A stretch of 64,000 nucleotides of DNA from an uncultured Ruminococcus sp. (GCA_905233145.1 CAJODI010000017.1:15599-79598); one strand, 5' to 3'; positions 7,904-17,075 are shown, numbered from the stretch's first letter. The notes: generated from the letters alone by a model not told the origin. Numbers and translations: made by a program.

Positions 7904-10515
7904 GCTTTATTTATCCTGAAGAAACGCAGCCGGCGATAGAAAATGCTTCATTTTCGATTAACAGCGGTGAATTTGTCACCCTTTACGGACGTTCCGGAAG
8001 CGGAAAAACAACTCTTCTGAGACTATTAAAGCCTTCGCTGGCTCCGCACGGCAACAAAAGCGGAAAGGTGTTTTTTTTCGGAAAGGATATCTGTGTGCTT
8101 GATCACAGAGAAGAATCCCAGAGAATCGGTTTTGTTCAACAGTCCCCGGAAAATCAAATTGTAACCGACAAGGTTTGGCACGAGCTTGCGTTCGGGCTTG
8201 AAAATTTGGGACTTGATAACAGCGTTATTCGCAGAAAAGTTGCCGAAACCGCTGCGTTTTTTGGAATTGAGCAATGGTTTGAAAAATCCGTTTTTGAGCT
8301 TTCGGGCGGTCAAAAGCAGATACTAAGTCTCGCTTCAATTATGGCAATGCAGCCTGACATACTAATACTTGACGAGCCTGCAAGCAGACTGGATCCCATT
8401 GCGTCAGAGGAATTTTTCGGCTGTCTTTCAAAAATCAACCGGGAGCTCGGAATAACGGTTATCATCACAGAACACAAGCTTGATGAGCTTTTGCCGCTGA
8501 GTAATCGGATTTTGGTTATTGACAAGGGAAAAATAATTTGTGATTCAAATCCGCGTGAGCTTGGTAAAATCATAAATAAGTGTCGGTGGGCGTCCTGCGG
8601 CGGATTATTTCTTTCAATGCCTGCACCGGTCAAAATCTGGAATGCTGTTGACGGAACAGGGCAGTGTCCGCTTACAGTTGCAGAGGGCAGACAATGGCTT
8701 GAACAGTTTTCGAAAAATAATTCTTTCAGAGAACTAAATCCTAAGCCAAAGCGTGAGTGCACAGATATTGCAGTAAGTCTGAAAAATATATATTATAGAT
8801 ATGAAAAAGATTCCGGTGATGTTATAAAAGATTTGAGCCTTGATTTCAGAGAAGGAGAATTCACCGCTGTTTTAGGCGGAAACGGCGCGGGAAAAACCAC
8901 TTTGCTTTCTGTTATCAGCGGGATTAACAAGCCGTATTCGGGAACGGTCAGATGCTTCCGCAGGGTTGGCTTTCTTCCTCAAAATCCACACAGCCTTTTC
9001 TTAAAAAACACCGTTTACGAGGATTTATGCGAGGTTTTTGACGGTTCAGGTATACCTAAGGAAGAAACCAATCGCCGAGTAACCTCAATTGCCTCGCTAT
9101 GTAAGCTTAACAGCCTTTTGAACAGACATCCTTTTGATTTATCCGGCGGTGAACAGCAACGCGCTGCATTGGCAAAGGTTATGCTACTCAGCCCCGAAGT
9201 TCTTTTGCTTGACGAACCGACAAAGGGCTTTGACGCCGAATTTAAGCTTGTTTTTGCCGAAATAATACAAAGACTCACTGCTTCCGGAGTTACGGTGATA
9301 ATGGTAAGCCACGATGTTGAATTCTGCGCGGCTCACGCGCACAATTGCGTAATGCTTTTTAACGGTGACGCTGTTTCTTCGGGAAGTCCCGGGGAGTTTT
9401 TCAACTCAAACAGCTTTTATTCAACTTCGGCTAACAGAATGTCAAAAGGGATAATCAACGGTGCTATAACAGCCGAAGACGTGATTTACTGCTGCAATGT
9501 TGATTTACCTGACAATATACAAGGTGACACGGAAAAGATACAGTCTTTTGTGTTGCCTAAAGAAATAAAAAAAACAGACCGGAACAAGAATAATTCAAAA
9601 CAACTTTCTCCGATAAAAAAAGTGCTGGGAATAATAAGCGTCGCAATGCTTATTGCCGGAGTTTTTATTAATCTTGATATATTTGGGATGTTCGACATCA
9701 GTGAAAGCTATATACCAATTAACATTTTACTTATTGCGTTGCCGATTGTTTTGCTGATGTTTTCATTTGGAGCCTTTTCAAAATCAGAAAGCGTGGGAAT
9801 TGATGTTTCTGAAAAAACAAAATTGCGAAAAAGAACTATATTCGCGGCTGTTATGATAGTTCTCGCCATTCCTCTTACTATCTTTTTTGGAATTAACTTT
9901 CTAAACGATGAGAAATACATATTTATTTCGTTGCTTGTTATGCTCGAGGCTTCTTTGCCGTTTTTCTTGATCTTTGAGGACAGAAAACCACAGGCCAGGG
10001 AACTGGTTATCTTGTCTGCGCTTTGCGCGATCGCGGTTGCCGGAAGAGCTGCATTTTATATGCTTCCGATGTTTAAGCCTGTTTTAGCGGTTGTGATTAT
10101 TACAGGCGTAGCCTTTGGAGGTGAATCAGGATTTATTGTTGGAGCAATGACAATGCTGCTTTCTAATGTGTTTTTTGGTCAGGGTCCTTGGACGCCGTGG
10201 CAGATGTTTGCCGCCGGAATAATCGGCTTTTTGGCAGGGGTACTGTTCAAAAAGGGTTTTCTGAGCAGAAACAGGGGATCACTTTGTGTTTTCGGATTTG
10301 TCGCTACAATGATTATTTACGGACCGATTATGAACTTTGCGTCGTTTATAATGACTCGTTCGCCCTGGGATTCCAAAATAATAGCTTCGTTTTTTATTCA
10401 GGGCTTTCCGATGGATTTGATTCACGCTTTTTCAACGCTTGTTTTTCTGTTTTTTGCCGCAGAGCCTATGCTCGAAAAGCTTGACAGAATCAAAGTTAAA
10501 TACGGTTTATATTAA
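7876..10515 (+). CDS. Fused ECF ATPase A-A' plus CbrT-like S component
   Basis: Start at ATG 7876 after GGAGGGG. Two ABC domains (GRSGSGKTT/LSGGQKQ/ILDEP; GGNGAGKTT/LSGGEQQR/LLDEP), an extra TM pair, then an S component with KPVLAVVIITG...FFGQGPWTPWQM. Confidence 0.88.
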   Translation: MEAITVSNLSFIYPEETQPAIENASFSINSGEFVTLYGRSGSGKTTLLRLLKPSLAPHGNKSGKVFFFGKDICVLDHREESQRIGFVQQSPENQIVTDKVWHELAFGLENLGLDNSVIRRKVAETAAFFGIEQWFEKSVFELSGGQKQILSLASIMAMQPDILILDEPASRLDPIASEEFFGCLSKINRELGITVIITEHKLDELLPLSNRILVIDKGKIICDSNPRELGKIINKCRWASCGGLFLSMPAPVKIWNAVDGTGQCPLTVAEGRQWLEQFSKNNSFRELNPKPKRECTDIAVSLKNIYYRYEKDSGDVIKDLSLDFREGEFTAVLGGNGAGKTTLLSVISGINKPYSGTVRCFRRVGFLPQNPHSLFLKNTVYEDLCEVFDGSGIPKEETNRRVTSIASLCKLNSLLNRHPFDLSGGEQQRAALAKVMLLSPEVLLLDEPTKGFDAEFKLVFAEIIQRLTASGVTVIMVSHDVEFCAAHAHNCVMLFNGDAVSSGSPGEFFNSNSFYSTSANRMSKGIINGAITAEDVIYCCNVDLPDNIQGDTEKIQSFVLPKEIKKTDRNKNNSKQLSPIKKVLGIISVAMLIAGVFINLDIFGMFDISESYIPINILLIALPIVLLMFSFGAFSKSESVGIDVSEKTKLRKRTIFAAVMIVLAIPLTIFFGINFLNDEKYIFISLLVMLEASLPFFLIFEDRKPQARELVILSALCAIAVAGRAAFYMLPMFKPVLAVVIITGVAFGGESGFIVGAMTMLLSNVFFGQGPWTPWQMFAAGIIGFLAGVLFKKGFLSRNRGSLCVFGFVATMIIYGPIMNFASFIMTRSPWDSKIIASFFIQGFPMDLIHAFSTLVFLFFAAEPMLEKLDRIKVKYGLY

Positions 10516-10680
10516 GGCAACACCGCACAATTCATGGCGCACGCCTTGCTTGCGTATTATTCCGTCAGACTGCCCAAAAATCAGTATCCATACGTCAGTA
10601 TGCACACTGATTATTTATACATTCTGACGAAAAATCTAACTACACAATCCGCGCACCAGAATTATGCGGTATTGCCTTAA
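10512..10680. mobile_element. MITE family 1, copy B (longest, 161-bp core)
   Basis: TTAA|GGCAACACCGCACAATTC...GAATTATGCGGTATTGCC|TTAA; the left TTAA contains the stop codon of the ECF fusion gene. Confidence 0.85.
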
Positions 10681-10697
10681 GTACAAATGTAAACAGT

Positions 10698-10745
10698 AAA
10701 AAAATCTCCTCCGAAGCATGGATGCTGCTTTCGGTGGAGATTTTG
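10698..10745. terminator. Bidirectional terminator between the ECF operon and map
   Basis: AAAATCTCC-TCCGAAGCA...TGCTTTCGGT-GGAGATTTT hairpin with A/T tails. Confidence 0.65.
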
Positions 10746-10793
10746 TGATGTATTTTATTTATAGAACTATACTATTCTCTGATAAAACAGATT

Positions 10794-11666
10794 CTAATAT
10801 GATATAATTTCATAACCGTCTTGAGTTACAAGAACCTGAATTTCCCACTGTGCCGACATTGAACCGTCTTTGGTGTAGATTGTCCAGCCGTTTTTTTCGT
10901 CAACATAAATATCGTGCTTGCCCATGTTGATCATAGGCTCGATTGTGAAAATCATACCGGGAACAAGCAGCATTTCGGTACCCTTTTTTGAAACATAGCT
11001 CACCCACGGATCCTCGTGAAATTCAAGACCGATTCCGTGACCGCCAACCTCTCTGACAACCGAATAACCCATTGATTTTATATAGTCGTTCACAGCCTGA
11101 CCCATATCGCCCAAAAATCCCCACGGCTTGACTTGCTCAAGGCCCTTGTAAACACTTTCCTTTGCGGCGTTTACAAGCCGCTTTTTTTCTTCGCTGACGT
11201 TTCCGATACAAAACATTCTTGATGAATCTGAGAAATAACCGTTGAGATTTGTAGAAACGTCAACATTGATGATATCGCCGTCTTTCAAAATAATATCCTC
11301 GGAAGGGATTCCGTGGCAAACCTCGTTGTTGATTGAGGTGCAAACGCTCTTTGGAAAGCCCTGATAGTTTAGAGGGGCAGGGATTCCGCCCATTTTTCCT
11401 GTGATATCTTCAACCCAACGGTTAATTTCGGCAGTTGAAATCCCGGCAGTTATATGCTCCGCAACATAGTCCAGTACAGCGATATTTATAACCGCGCTTT
11501 CTTTAATTTTCTCAATTTGTTCGGGGTTTTTTATTATATCGTGATCAGGCACAATATGTCCCTGAGCTTTAAATTCTTCGATTCTTTCGTCAAAATCAAT
11601 ATGACATTTTTTATATTTTTTTCCGTTTCCGCACCAACATTCGTCATTTCTTCCGGGCTTGTTCAT
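10794..11666 (-). CDS. map: Methionine aminopeptidase type I with N-terminal SEC-C motif
   Basis: Start MNKPGRNDECWCGNGKKYKKCH at 11666; SINNEVCHGIP, DIINVDV, GGHGIGLEFHE, FTIEPMIN. Confidence 0.93.
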   Translation of the reverse strand: MNKPGRNDECWCGNGKKYKKCHIDFDERIEEFKAQGHIVPDHDIIKNPEQIEKIKESAVINIAVLDYVAEHITAGISTAEINRWVEDITGKMGGIPAPLNYQGFPKSVCTSINNEVCHGIPSEDIILKDGDIINVDVSTNLNGYFSDSSRMFCIGNVSEEKKRLVNAAKESVYKGLEQVKPWGFLGDMGQAVNDYIKSMGYSVVREVGGHGIGLEFHEDPWVSYVSKKGTEMLLVPGMIFTIEPMINMGKHDIYVDEKNGWTIYTKDGSMSAQWEIQVLVTQDGYEIISY

Positions 11667-11686
11667 TTTCTCGCTTCCTTTAGCAT

Positions 11687-11768
11687 TTAAGGCAAGACCG
11701 CACGTTTCGCGGCGCAAGCCTTGTGTTATTAACAATCCGCAAACCTAAATTATGCGGTATTGCCTGTA
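11687..11768. mobile_element. MITE family 1, copy C (short, decayed)
   Basis: TTAA|GGCAAGACCGCAC...AATCCGCAAACCTAAATTATGCGGTATTGCC|TGTA, in the map 5' region. Confidence 0.75.
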
Positions 11769-11955
11769 TATAATAATTATATCACTTTGTTAAACTTTAA
11801 ACAATAACTTATTGCCATATTTTTATTAATATTGTATAATGAAATAAAAATCCAAAATATCTGATCTAAATATTTACAAGTTTTGCGCTGCATTATATTA
11901 GGAAACGTTAGTTATATTTTTGAGCTCGCTGTGCATAAGGTAGGGCAGAGGTGGT

Positions 11956-12675
11956 TTGATGTTACTAAGGCGTATTGTTACAACGTTTTTTTGCATGTTT
12001 ATCTTGTCGCTGTTTATGGTTTTGATGCTGTGTTCGGTTACGAATATAACAATTCCGGTGAGCGGCAGCGCAGATGAAAAGCAAAAGCTTGTTATTGACG
12101 CAGGTCACGGAGGAGAGGACGGAGGAGCTGTAAGCGATAGCGGAGTTGCCGAAAAGGATATAAATCTTTTAGTTGCGAACGATGTTTCAGATATGTTCAG
12201 GCTAATGGGTTATGAGGTAGTTCAGACCAGAAACAATGACAACGATTTGTCCGACGGAGAAGCTACCATTCGTGAACGCAAGGTTTCAGACATGAAAAAA
12301 CGTCTTGAAATCTTTGAAAGTGATCCGTCAAACACAGTTATAAGTATCCATCAGAATAAATATACCGAAAGCAAATATCACGGTACACAGGTGTTTTATT
12401 CGCCAAATAACAAAAACAGCGCAAAGCTTGCCGAGGGAATACGATTTTCGGTAAAGTCGCTTTTGCAGCCCGACAATGAGCGCGAATGTAAAGAAGCGGA
12501 CAGCGGAATATATCTGCTGAAAAACACCTCACGACCTGCTGTGTTAGTTGAATGCGGCTTTGTTTCAAACAGGGAAGAGCTTGAAAAGCTGCTTGAAGAA
12601 AGCTACCAAAAAAAGCTCGCTCTCGCGATAACGACCGGATTTTTGGATTATAAAAATACTAATTTGGAAGTGTAA
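11956..12675 (+). CDS. cwlD: N-acetylmuramoyl-L-alanine amidase (Amidase_3, CwlD-like)
   Basis: N-terminal TM; VIDAGHGGEDGGA, EKDINL, SIHQN, AVLVECGFVSN. Confidence 0.7.
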   Translation: MMLLRRIVTTFFCMFILSLFMVLMLCSVTNITIPVSGSADEKQKLVIDAGHGGEDGGAVSDSGVAEKDINLLVANDVSDMFRLMGYEVVQTRNNDNDLSDGEATIRERKVSDMKKRLEIFESDPSNTVISIHQNKYTESKYHGTQVFYSPNNKNSAKLAEGIRFSVKSLLQPDNERECKEADSGIYLLKNTSRPAVLVECGFVSNREELEKLLEESYQKKLALAITTGFLDYKNTNLEV

Positions 12676-12678
12676 AAA

Positions 12679-14037
12679 ATGGCGAAAATTAAAAGTGTAT
12701 ATATTTGCTCGGAATGTGGCTACGAATCACCGAAATGGTATGGGAAATGCCCCTCCTGCGGCGAATGGAACACCATGAACGAAGAAATCAAGGAGCAAAC
12801 CAAAGCTTCCTCAAAGACTTCTTCAATAAGACGAGAATTTGCAAAGCCTTTTGCAATAAATGAAATCACAACCGACGACGAGCACCGATATGACACCGGA
12901 AGCAAGGAGCTTAACCGGGTTTTGGGCGGCGGAATTGTAAAGGGCAGCTTGATTTTGCTCGGCGGCGATCCGGGAATAGGAAAGTCAACTGTACTGATGC
13001 AAATATGTCAGTATCTCGGCGACACATTGCGGATTCTTTATGTTTCGGGTGAGGAATCAAAGCGACAGCTAAAGCTGAGAGCAATAAGGCTTGGAGTTGA
13101 TTCTCCAAATCTTTTTATTATGACTGAAACCGATGTCGAAGTGGTTTGCGAGCAAATCAGGATAGAAAAACCGGATTTGGTGATGATTGATTCTATCCAA
13201 ACCATGAACCTGACTGAGCTGAGCTCTTCACCAGGAAGTGTAACTCAGGTCAGAGAATGTACAAATATGCTAATGCGCACCGCCAAAGGCTGCGATATCC
13301 CAATGTTCGTTGTTGGACATGTGAACAAAGAAGGCTCGATTGCAGGTCCAAAGGTTTTGGAGCATATTGTAGATACTGTTCTGCATTTTGAAGGTGACAA
13401 ACAAATGAGCTGCCGAATTCTAAGGGCGGTCAAAAATCGCTACGGCTCAACAAATGAAATCGGTGTATTTGAAATGACCGACAAGGGGCTGAGCGAGGTT
13501 GAAAATCCCTCTGTTATGCTTCTTTCGGGGCGTCCAAGCGGGGTTTCGGGAACCTGCGTAACCTGTACAATTGAAGGCTCCCGACCGATTTTGGCTGAAA
13601 CTCAGGGATTGGCAACTCAAAGCGGTTACGGAAACGCGAGAAGAATGGCTACCGGCTACGATTACAACCGCCTTTCAATGCTGCTTGCTGTGCTTGAAAA
13701 GCGCGCAGGATATTATTTTTCAAACTGTGATACATATATAAATATTGTAGGCGGTCTCAGAGTTGACGAGCCTGCAATAGACCTTTCAATTGCAATGGCG
13801 TTAATCAGCAGTCTGAAGGACGCTCCGGTTGATGAAAAATCGGTCGTTTTTGGTGAAATAGGTCTTGCAGGAGAAATTCGTTCCGTTTCTCAGGCTCAAA
13901 TGAGGGTTAATGAGGCAGTCAGGCTTGGTTTTAACAAAATTATTCTGCCTTATCACAATCTAAAGGGGATTCATTGTGAAGAAGCGAAGCTTATCGGCGT
14001 AAAAAATATTCGCGAAGCGTTTGAGGCGATAAGCTGA
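12679..14037 (+). CDS. radA: DNA repair protein RadA/Sms
   Basis: CSECGYESPKWYGKCPSC zinc finger, GGDPGIGKST, KNRYG motif. Confidence 0.97.
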   Translation: MAKIKSVYICSECGYESPKWYGKCPSCGEWNTMNEEIKEQTKASSKTSSIRREFAKPFAINEITTDDEHRYDTGSKELNRVLGGGIVKGSLILLGGDPGIGKSTVLMQICQYLGDTLRILYVSGEESKRQLKLRAIRLGVDSPNLFIMTETDVEVVCEQIRIEKPDLVMIDSIQTMNLTELSSSPGSVTQVRECTNMLMRTAKGCDIPMFVVGHVNKEGSIAGPKVLEHIVDTVLHFEGDKQMSCRILRAVKNRYGSTNEIGVFEMTDKGLSEVENPSVMLLSGRPSGVSGTCVTCTIEGSRPILAETQGLATQSGYGNARRMATGYDYNRLSMLLAVLEKRAGYYFSNCDTYINIVGGLRVDEPAIDLSIAMALISSLKDAPVDEKSVVFGEIGLAGEIRSVSQAQMRVNEAVRLGFNKIILPYHNLKGIHCEEAKLIGVKNIREAFEAIS

Positions 14038-14714
14038 TGGCAAAATTTGTGATGTCCGATATAGTTCCCGAATTTTTCAGAGCTTTTGAAAATTCAGGTC
14101 ACTGGGTAGAGGCAGCAAGATCTGTAGAAGTGTTTTTAAATCCTGAAAAAAAGCACGCAGATATGCAGCTTTTGCCAATAGGCGGAAAAATTATTGAATT
14201 AAATGAAGTCGATTACAGCTTTGAAAATACCATAAAGTGTGAAAAATCTGCCGAAAAAAATTATCCCGGAAATGTTTTGCTCAATTGTCTGCTGATGGAT
14301 AACAAGCTCTACGGAAAGTTAAGCGCAGTTGACAAAGCGGTTATAAAGCTGTGTGATTCGCTGGGGATTGAAAGAATAAACATAAACCAAGGTTATACAA
14401 GGTGCTCAACCTTGGTCATCAATGATAACGCCGCGATCACATCCGACATTGGAATCAAAAATGCTTTGGAAAAAAACGGGGCAAAGGTTTTGCTGATTTC
14501 ACCCGGCTATATTGAACTTAAGGGATTTGATTATGGCTTTATAGGCGGCGCCGGAGTATCCTTTGACGGAAAAACAGTATTTTTCGGCAATGTAAAAAAA
14601 CACCCTGATTATGAAAAAATCAGGGCTTTTTGTGAAAAAAATAATTCTAATATAGAGATCTGGTGTGAAAATCTTCCTTTGACTGATATAGGCGGAGCTG
14701 TTAGAATTAATTAA
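14037..14714 (+). CDS. Conserved clostridial protein, DUF6873-like (putative GME/pentein fold)
   Basis: HADM, YPGNVLLN, NQGYTRCS, ITSD, GFIGG and LTDIG motifs; TGATG coupling to radA. Confidence 0.55.
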   Translation: MAKFVMSDIVPEFFRAFENSGHWVEAARSVEVFLNPEKKHADMQLLPIGGKIIELNEVDYSFENTIKCEKSAEKNYPGNVLLNCLLMDNKLYGKLSAVDKAVIKLCDSLGIERININQGYTRCSTLVINDNAAITSDIGIKNALEKNGAKVLLISPGYIELKGFDYGFIGGAGVSFDGKTVFFGNVKKHPDYEKIRAFCEKNNSNIEIWCENLPLTDIGGAVRIN

Positions 14715-15688
14715 TCGCGCTTTGAAACGTTCGCAAGCGGATTGCTGTCAGCGGCGTTTTTGAGTTGTTCGCTGCTTAGGTGAGTGTATATTTCGGTAGT
14801 ACCCAGATTTTCGTGTCCGAGCACCTCTTTAAGCACCCTTACGTCAACATCGCCGTGCTGATACATCAGCGTTGCTGCTGTATGGCGAAGCTTATGGCAG
14901 GAGTAGCCCTGCGCACTGAGACCGATTTTTTCAAGGTATTTATAAACCATAGCCTGAATAGTTTTGACAGAAATTCGACGATGATTTCTGCTGATAAACA
15001 AAGCTTTTTTGTCCTTTACACCATCAACGGGACGAACACGCATATAATCATTTATAGCGTTGATGCAGGCGGAGTTAAGGTAAATCACACGTTCCTTGTT
15101 GCCTTTGCCTAAAACTCTGATAGTATTGTCATTTCTGATATCGGTGTAATTAAGACCGGACATTTCGGAAACACGCAGTCCACAGTTTAGAAACAATGTT
15201 AATATTGCATAATCACGTTCTTTATTATCTCCGTCAACAGCGTTTAGAAGCTCTATGCTTTGTTCAAGAGTTAGATACTTGGGCAAAGCTTTTTTCTTTT
15301 TTGGAATTTCAAGCTCTTCAACAGGATTGCTGCTTATAATATGCTTCTTTTTATAAATGTATTTAAAAAAGCCTTTTAAGCTTGAACATTTGCGCGCACG
15401 GGAAGAGGCGTTGTTGCCGCGTTCACGAAGAAGAAAATTCATAAATTCAAAAGAATCGGCAAGAGTGACAGAATTAAGAAATTCAGCGTCAATATCGTTA
15501 ATCAATATCTTATCAAACGGAGTATCATCAGAAACGATTCCGCGGTGAAGCTTCATAAAACGAAAGAAGGTTCTCAGATCAAGAAAGTATTCGTCAACGG
15601 TCTTGGGTGATTTTTGTCTGATGGTTTGCTGATAATTTAGATAGTCTTTAAGAATCGGAAAGGATTCATCTTGAAATCGAACTGACAT
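14711..15688 (-). CDS. XerC/D-type tyrosine recombinase
   Basis: Catalytic R (CGLRVSE), K (GKGNKER), HKLRH and LGHENLGTTEIY all intact; no phage or ICE genes alongside. Confidence 0.92.
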   Translation of the reverse strand: MSVRFQDESFPILKDYLNYQQTIRQKSPKTVDEYFLDLRTFFRFMKLHRGIVSDDTPFDKILINDIDAEFLNSVTLADSFEFMNFLLRERGNNASSRARKCSSLKGFFKYIYKKKHIISSNPVEELEIPKKKKALPKYLTLEQSIELLNAVDGDNKERDYAILTLFLNCGLRVSEMSGLNYTDIRNDNTIRVLGKGNKERVIYLNSACINAINDYMRVRPVDGVKDKKALFISRNHRRISVKTIQAMVYKYLEKIGLSAQGYSCHKLRHTAATLMYQHGDVDVRVLKEVLGHENLGTTEIYTHLSSEQLKNAADSNPLANVSKRD

Positions 15689-15811
15689 TTTTAATGCTCC
15701 TTGAGAAATAAGGTTACAGCGTTGCTAAAAGCAGACGACAGAAAAGGGTTAGGGTTATTGTATTAATAATTATATCACAGAATAAAAGCAATATAATTGC
15801 GAATTGGAATT

Positions 15812-15839
15812 ATTATACAAAATGAATATTTTGTATAAT
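15812..15839. other. Perfect 28-bp palindrome (11-6-11), candidate dif-like site or operator
   Basis: ATTATACAAAA-TGAATA-TTTTGTATAAT, 124 bp upstream of the recombinase start. The palindrome is seen; its function is inferred. Confidence 0.45.
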
Positions 15840-15941
15840 TCAGGGAAGGAGAAAGCATCAATTACATGTTTTATAGCCAAAAATGCGCTTAATGTGTTGC
15901 CGTCCTGGGATATTATACTTCGGATATTATATAGTGATTAT

Positions 15942-17075
15942 TTATTGATGCTTTTCGATTTCTCTGATTCCGAATAAATCCTCTTCAATTTCTACAGCCT
16001 TATCATCCGACATAGTCAATTCGTCGCAGCACTTGTAGAATTTATGATAATATTCCGCGGCATCATTCCAGCATGATTTTTGTTTTTCTGTCAGCTTTGT
16101 ATTTCTGATTATATATTTATCGTTTATGATTTTTCCAAAATACTCTGTAAAGCTTTTTGAACCGTATACGTTCAAATGCTGACGGTTGTAATACATATGT
16201 GCATTATAGCTCATGGTTTCGCGGTCACGCTCAAAGTTAATAAAATCAAAACCGTATTCATTTATAATCTTTTCTGCGGCATTTGCTCTGCAAAAAGCGT
16301 CATAGTCGCTTTCGGTTTCCAGTAAATGAGGCGCTCGTATAAACAGTACATTGATATTATTCTCGCTACAATAGCTGAGTGTTTCTCTGAGCTTTTTTTC
16401 ATACAACGGATATAAATCAAGTGTTGTATCATCATCAATAAGCTTTTGGTTCAAATACTTATCATCAAGCGGACAAATTCCGGTGTTGGTTTTGTAACCC
16501 TTTAAAAGCGTATGACCTCTTAAGTTTTGCAAAATCATTGCTCCTGAAAACTTTATACCTCCGGGATATTCCGTCCATGAATTGTGATATTTTATAAATG
16601 GTATGTGGTATTCTATCTCATTGTCTGTGTCGAGATTTTTTATATATTCACGTTTGTTATCATTGTATGGTATGTTGTCTATATATTTGCGTATGCTTCC
16701 TTCTTTATTTTCGTTACTGTCATCAGGATATAAGAACGGATTGATTTCTACGACAATAAGCTGCGGGTCCTGTGTGCGCATTATTTCTTTAAATTGAGTT
16801 ATTATTGCACCTGCGGTCAGCGATGCTGTAGCATAGGAATAGCTTGTAAAGCCGAATTTTTCGTATGCAAGTCCGGGCGCGAATCCTGTGTACATCTCGC
16901 TGGCACCCATAAAAACGACGTCAAGCGTATTGGGCTCTTCAAGATAAAAGCCGTTTATTCTGAGCTTGTTGTGATCCGGGTGGCACAAAATAAATTTTTG
17001 CAAAAACCATGTTGAGCAAAAAACAGCAAGCAGCAGCGATGTGATTTTTATAGTTCTAACAATATACTTATTCAT
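15942..17075 (-). CDS. Membrane-anchored SGNH/DltD-like putative acyltransferase or esterase
   Basis: N-terminal TM; LDVVFMGASE (block I) and NRQHLNVYGS (catalytic His block). Confidence 0.55.
   Translation of the reverse strand: MNKYIVRTIKITSLLLAVFCSTWFLQKFILCHPDHNKLRINGFYLEEPNTLDVVFMGASEMYTGFAPGLAYEKFGFTSYSYATASLTAGAIITQFKEIMRTQDPQLIVVEINPFLYPDDSNENKEGSIRKYIDNIPYNDNKREYIKNLDTDNEIEYHIPFIKYHNSWTEYPGGIKFSGAMILQNLRGHTLLKGYKTNTGICPLDDKYLNQKLIDDDTTLDLYPLYEKKLRETLSYCSENNINVLFIRAPHLLETESDYDAFCRANAAEKIINEYGFDFINFERDRETMSYNAHMYYNRQHLNVYGSKSFTEYFGKIINDKYIIRNTKLTEKQKSCWNDAAEYYHKFYKCCDELTMSDDKAVEIEEDLFGIREIEKHQ

Noticed and set aside
11600-11666. SEC-C zinc motif on methionine aminopeptidase as a novel fusion
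   Set aside because: This architecture is common in clostridial Map proteins.
14711-15688. Tyrosine recombinase as a prophage or ICE integrase
   Set aside because: No phage, excisionase or conjugation genes and no flanking att-like direct repeats were seen; size and motifs fit chromosomal XerC/D.
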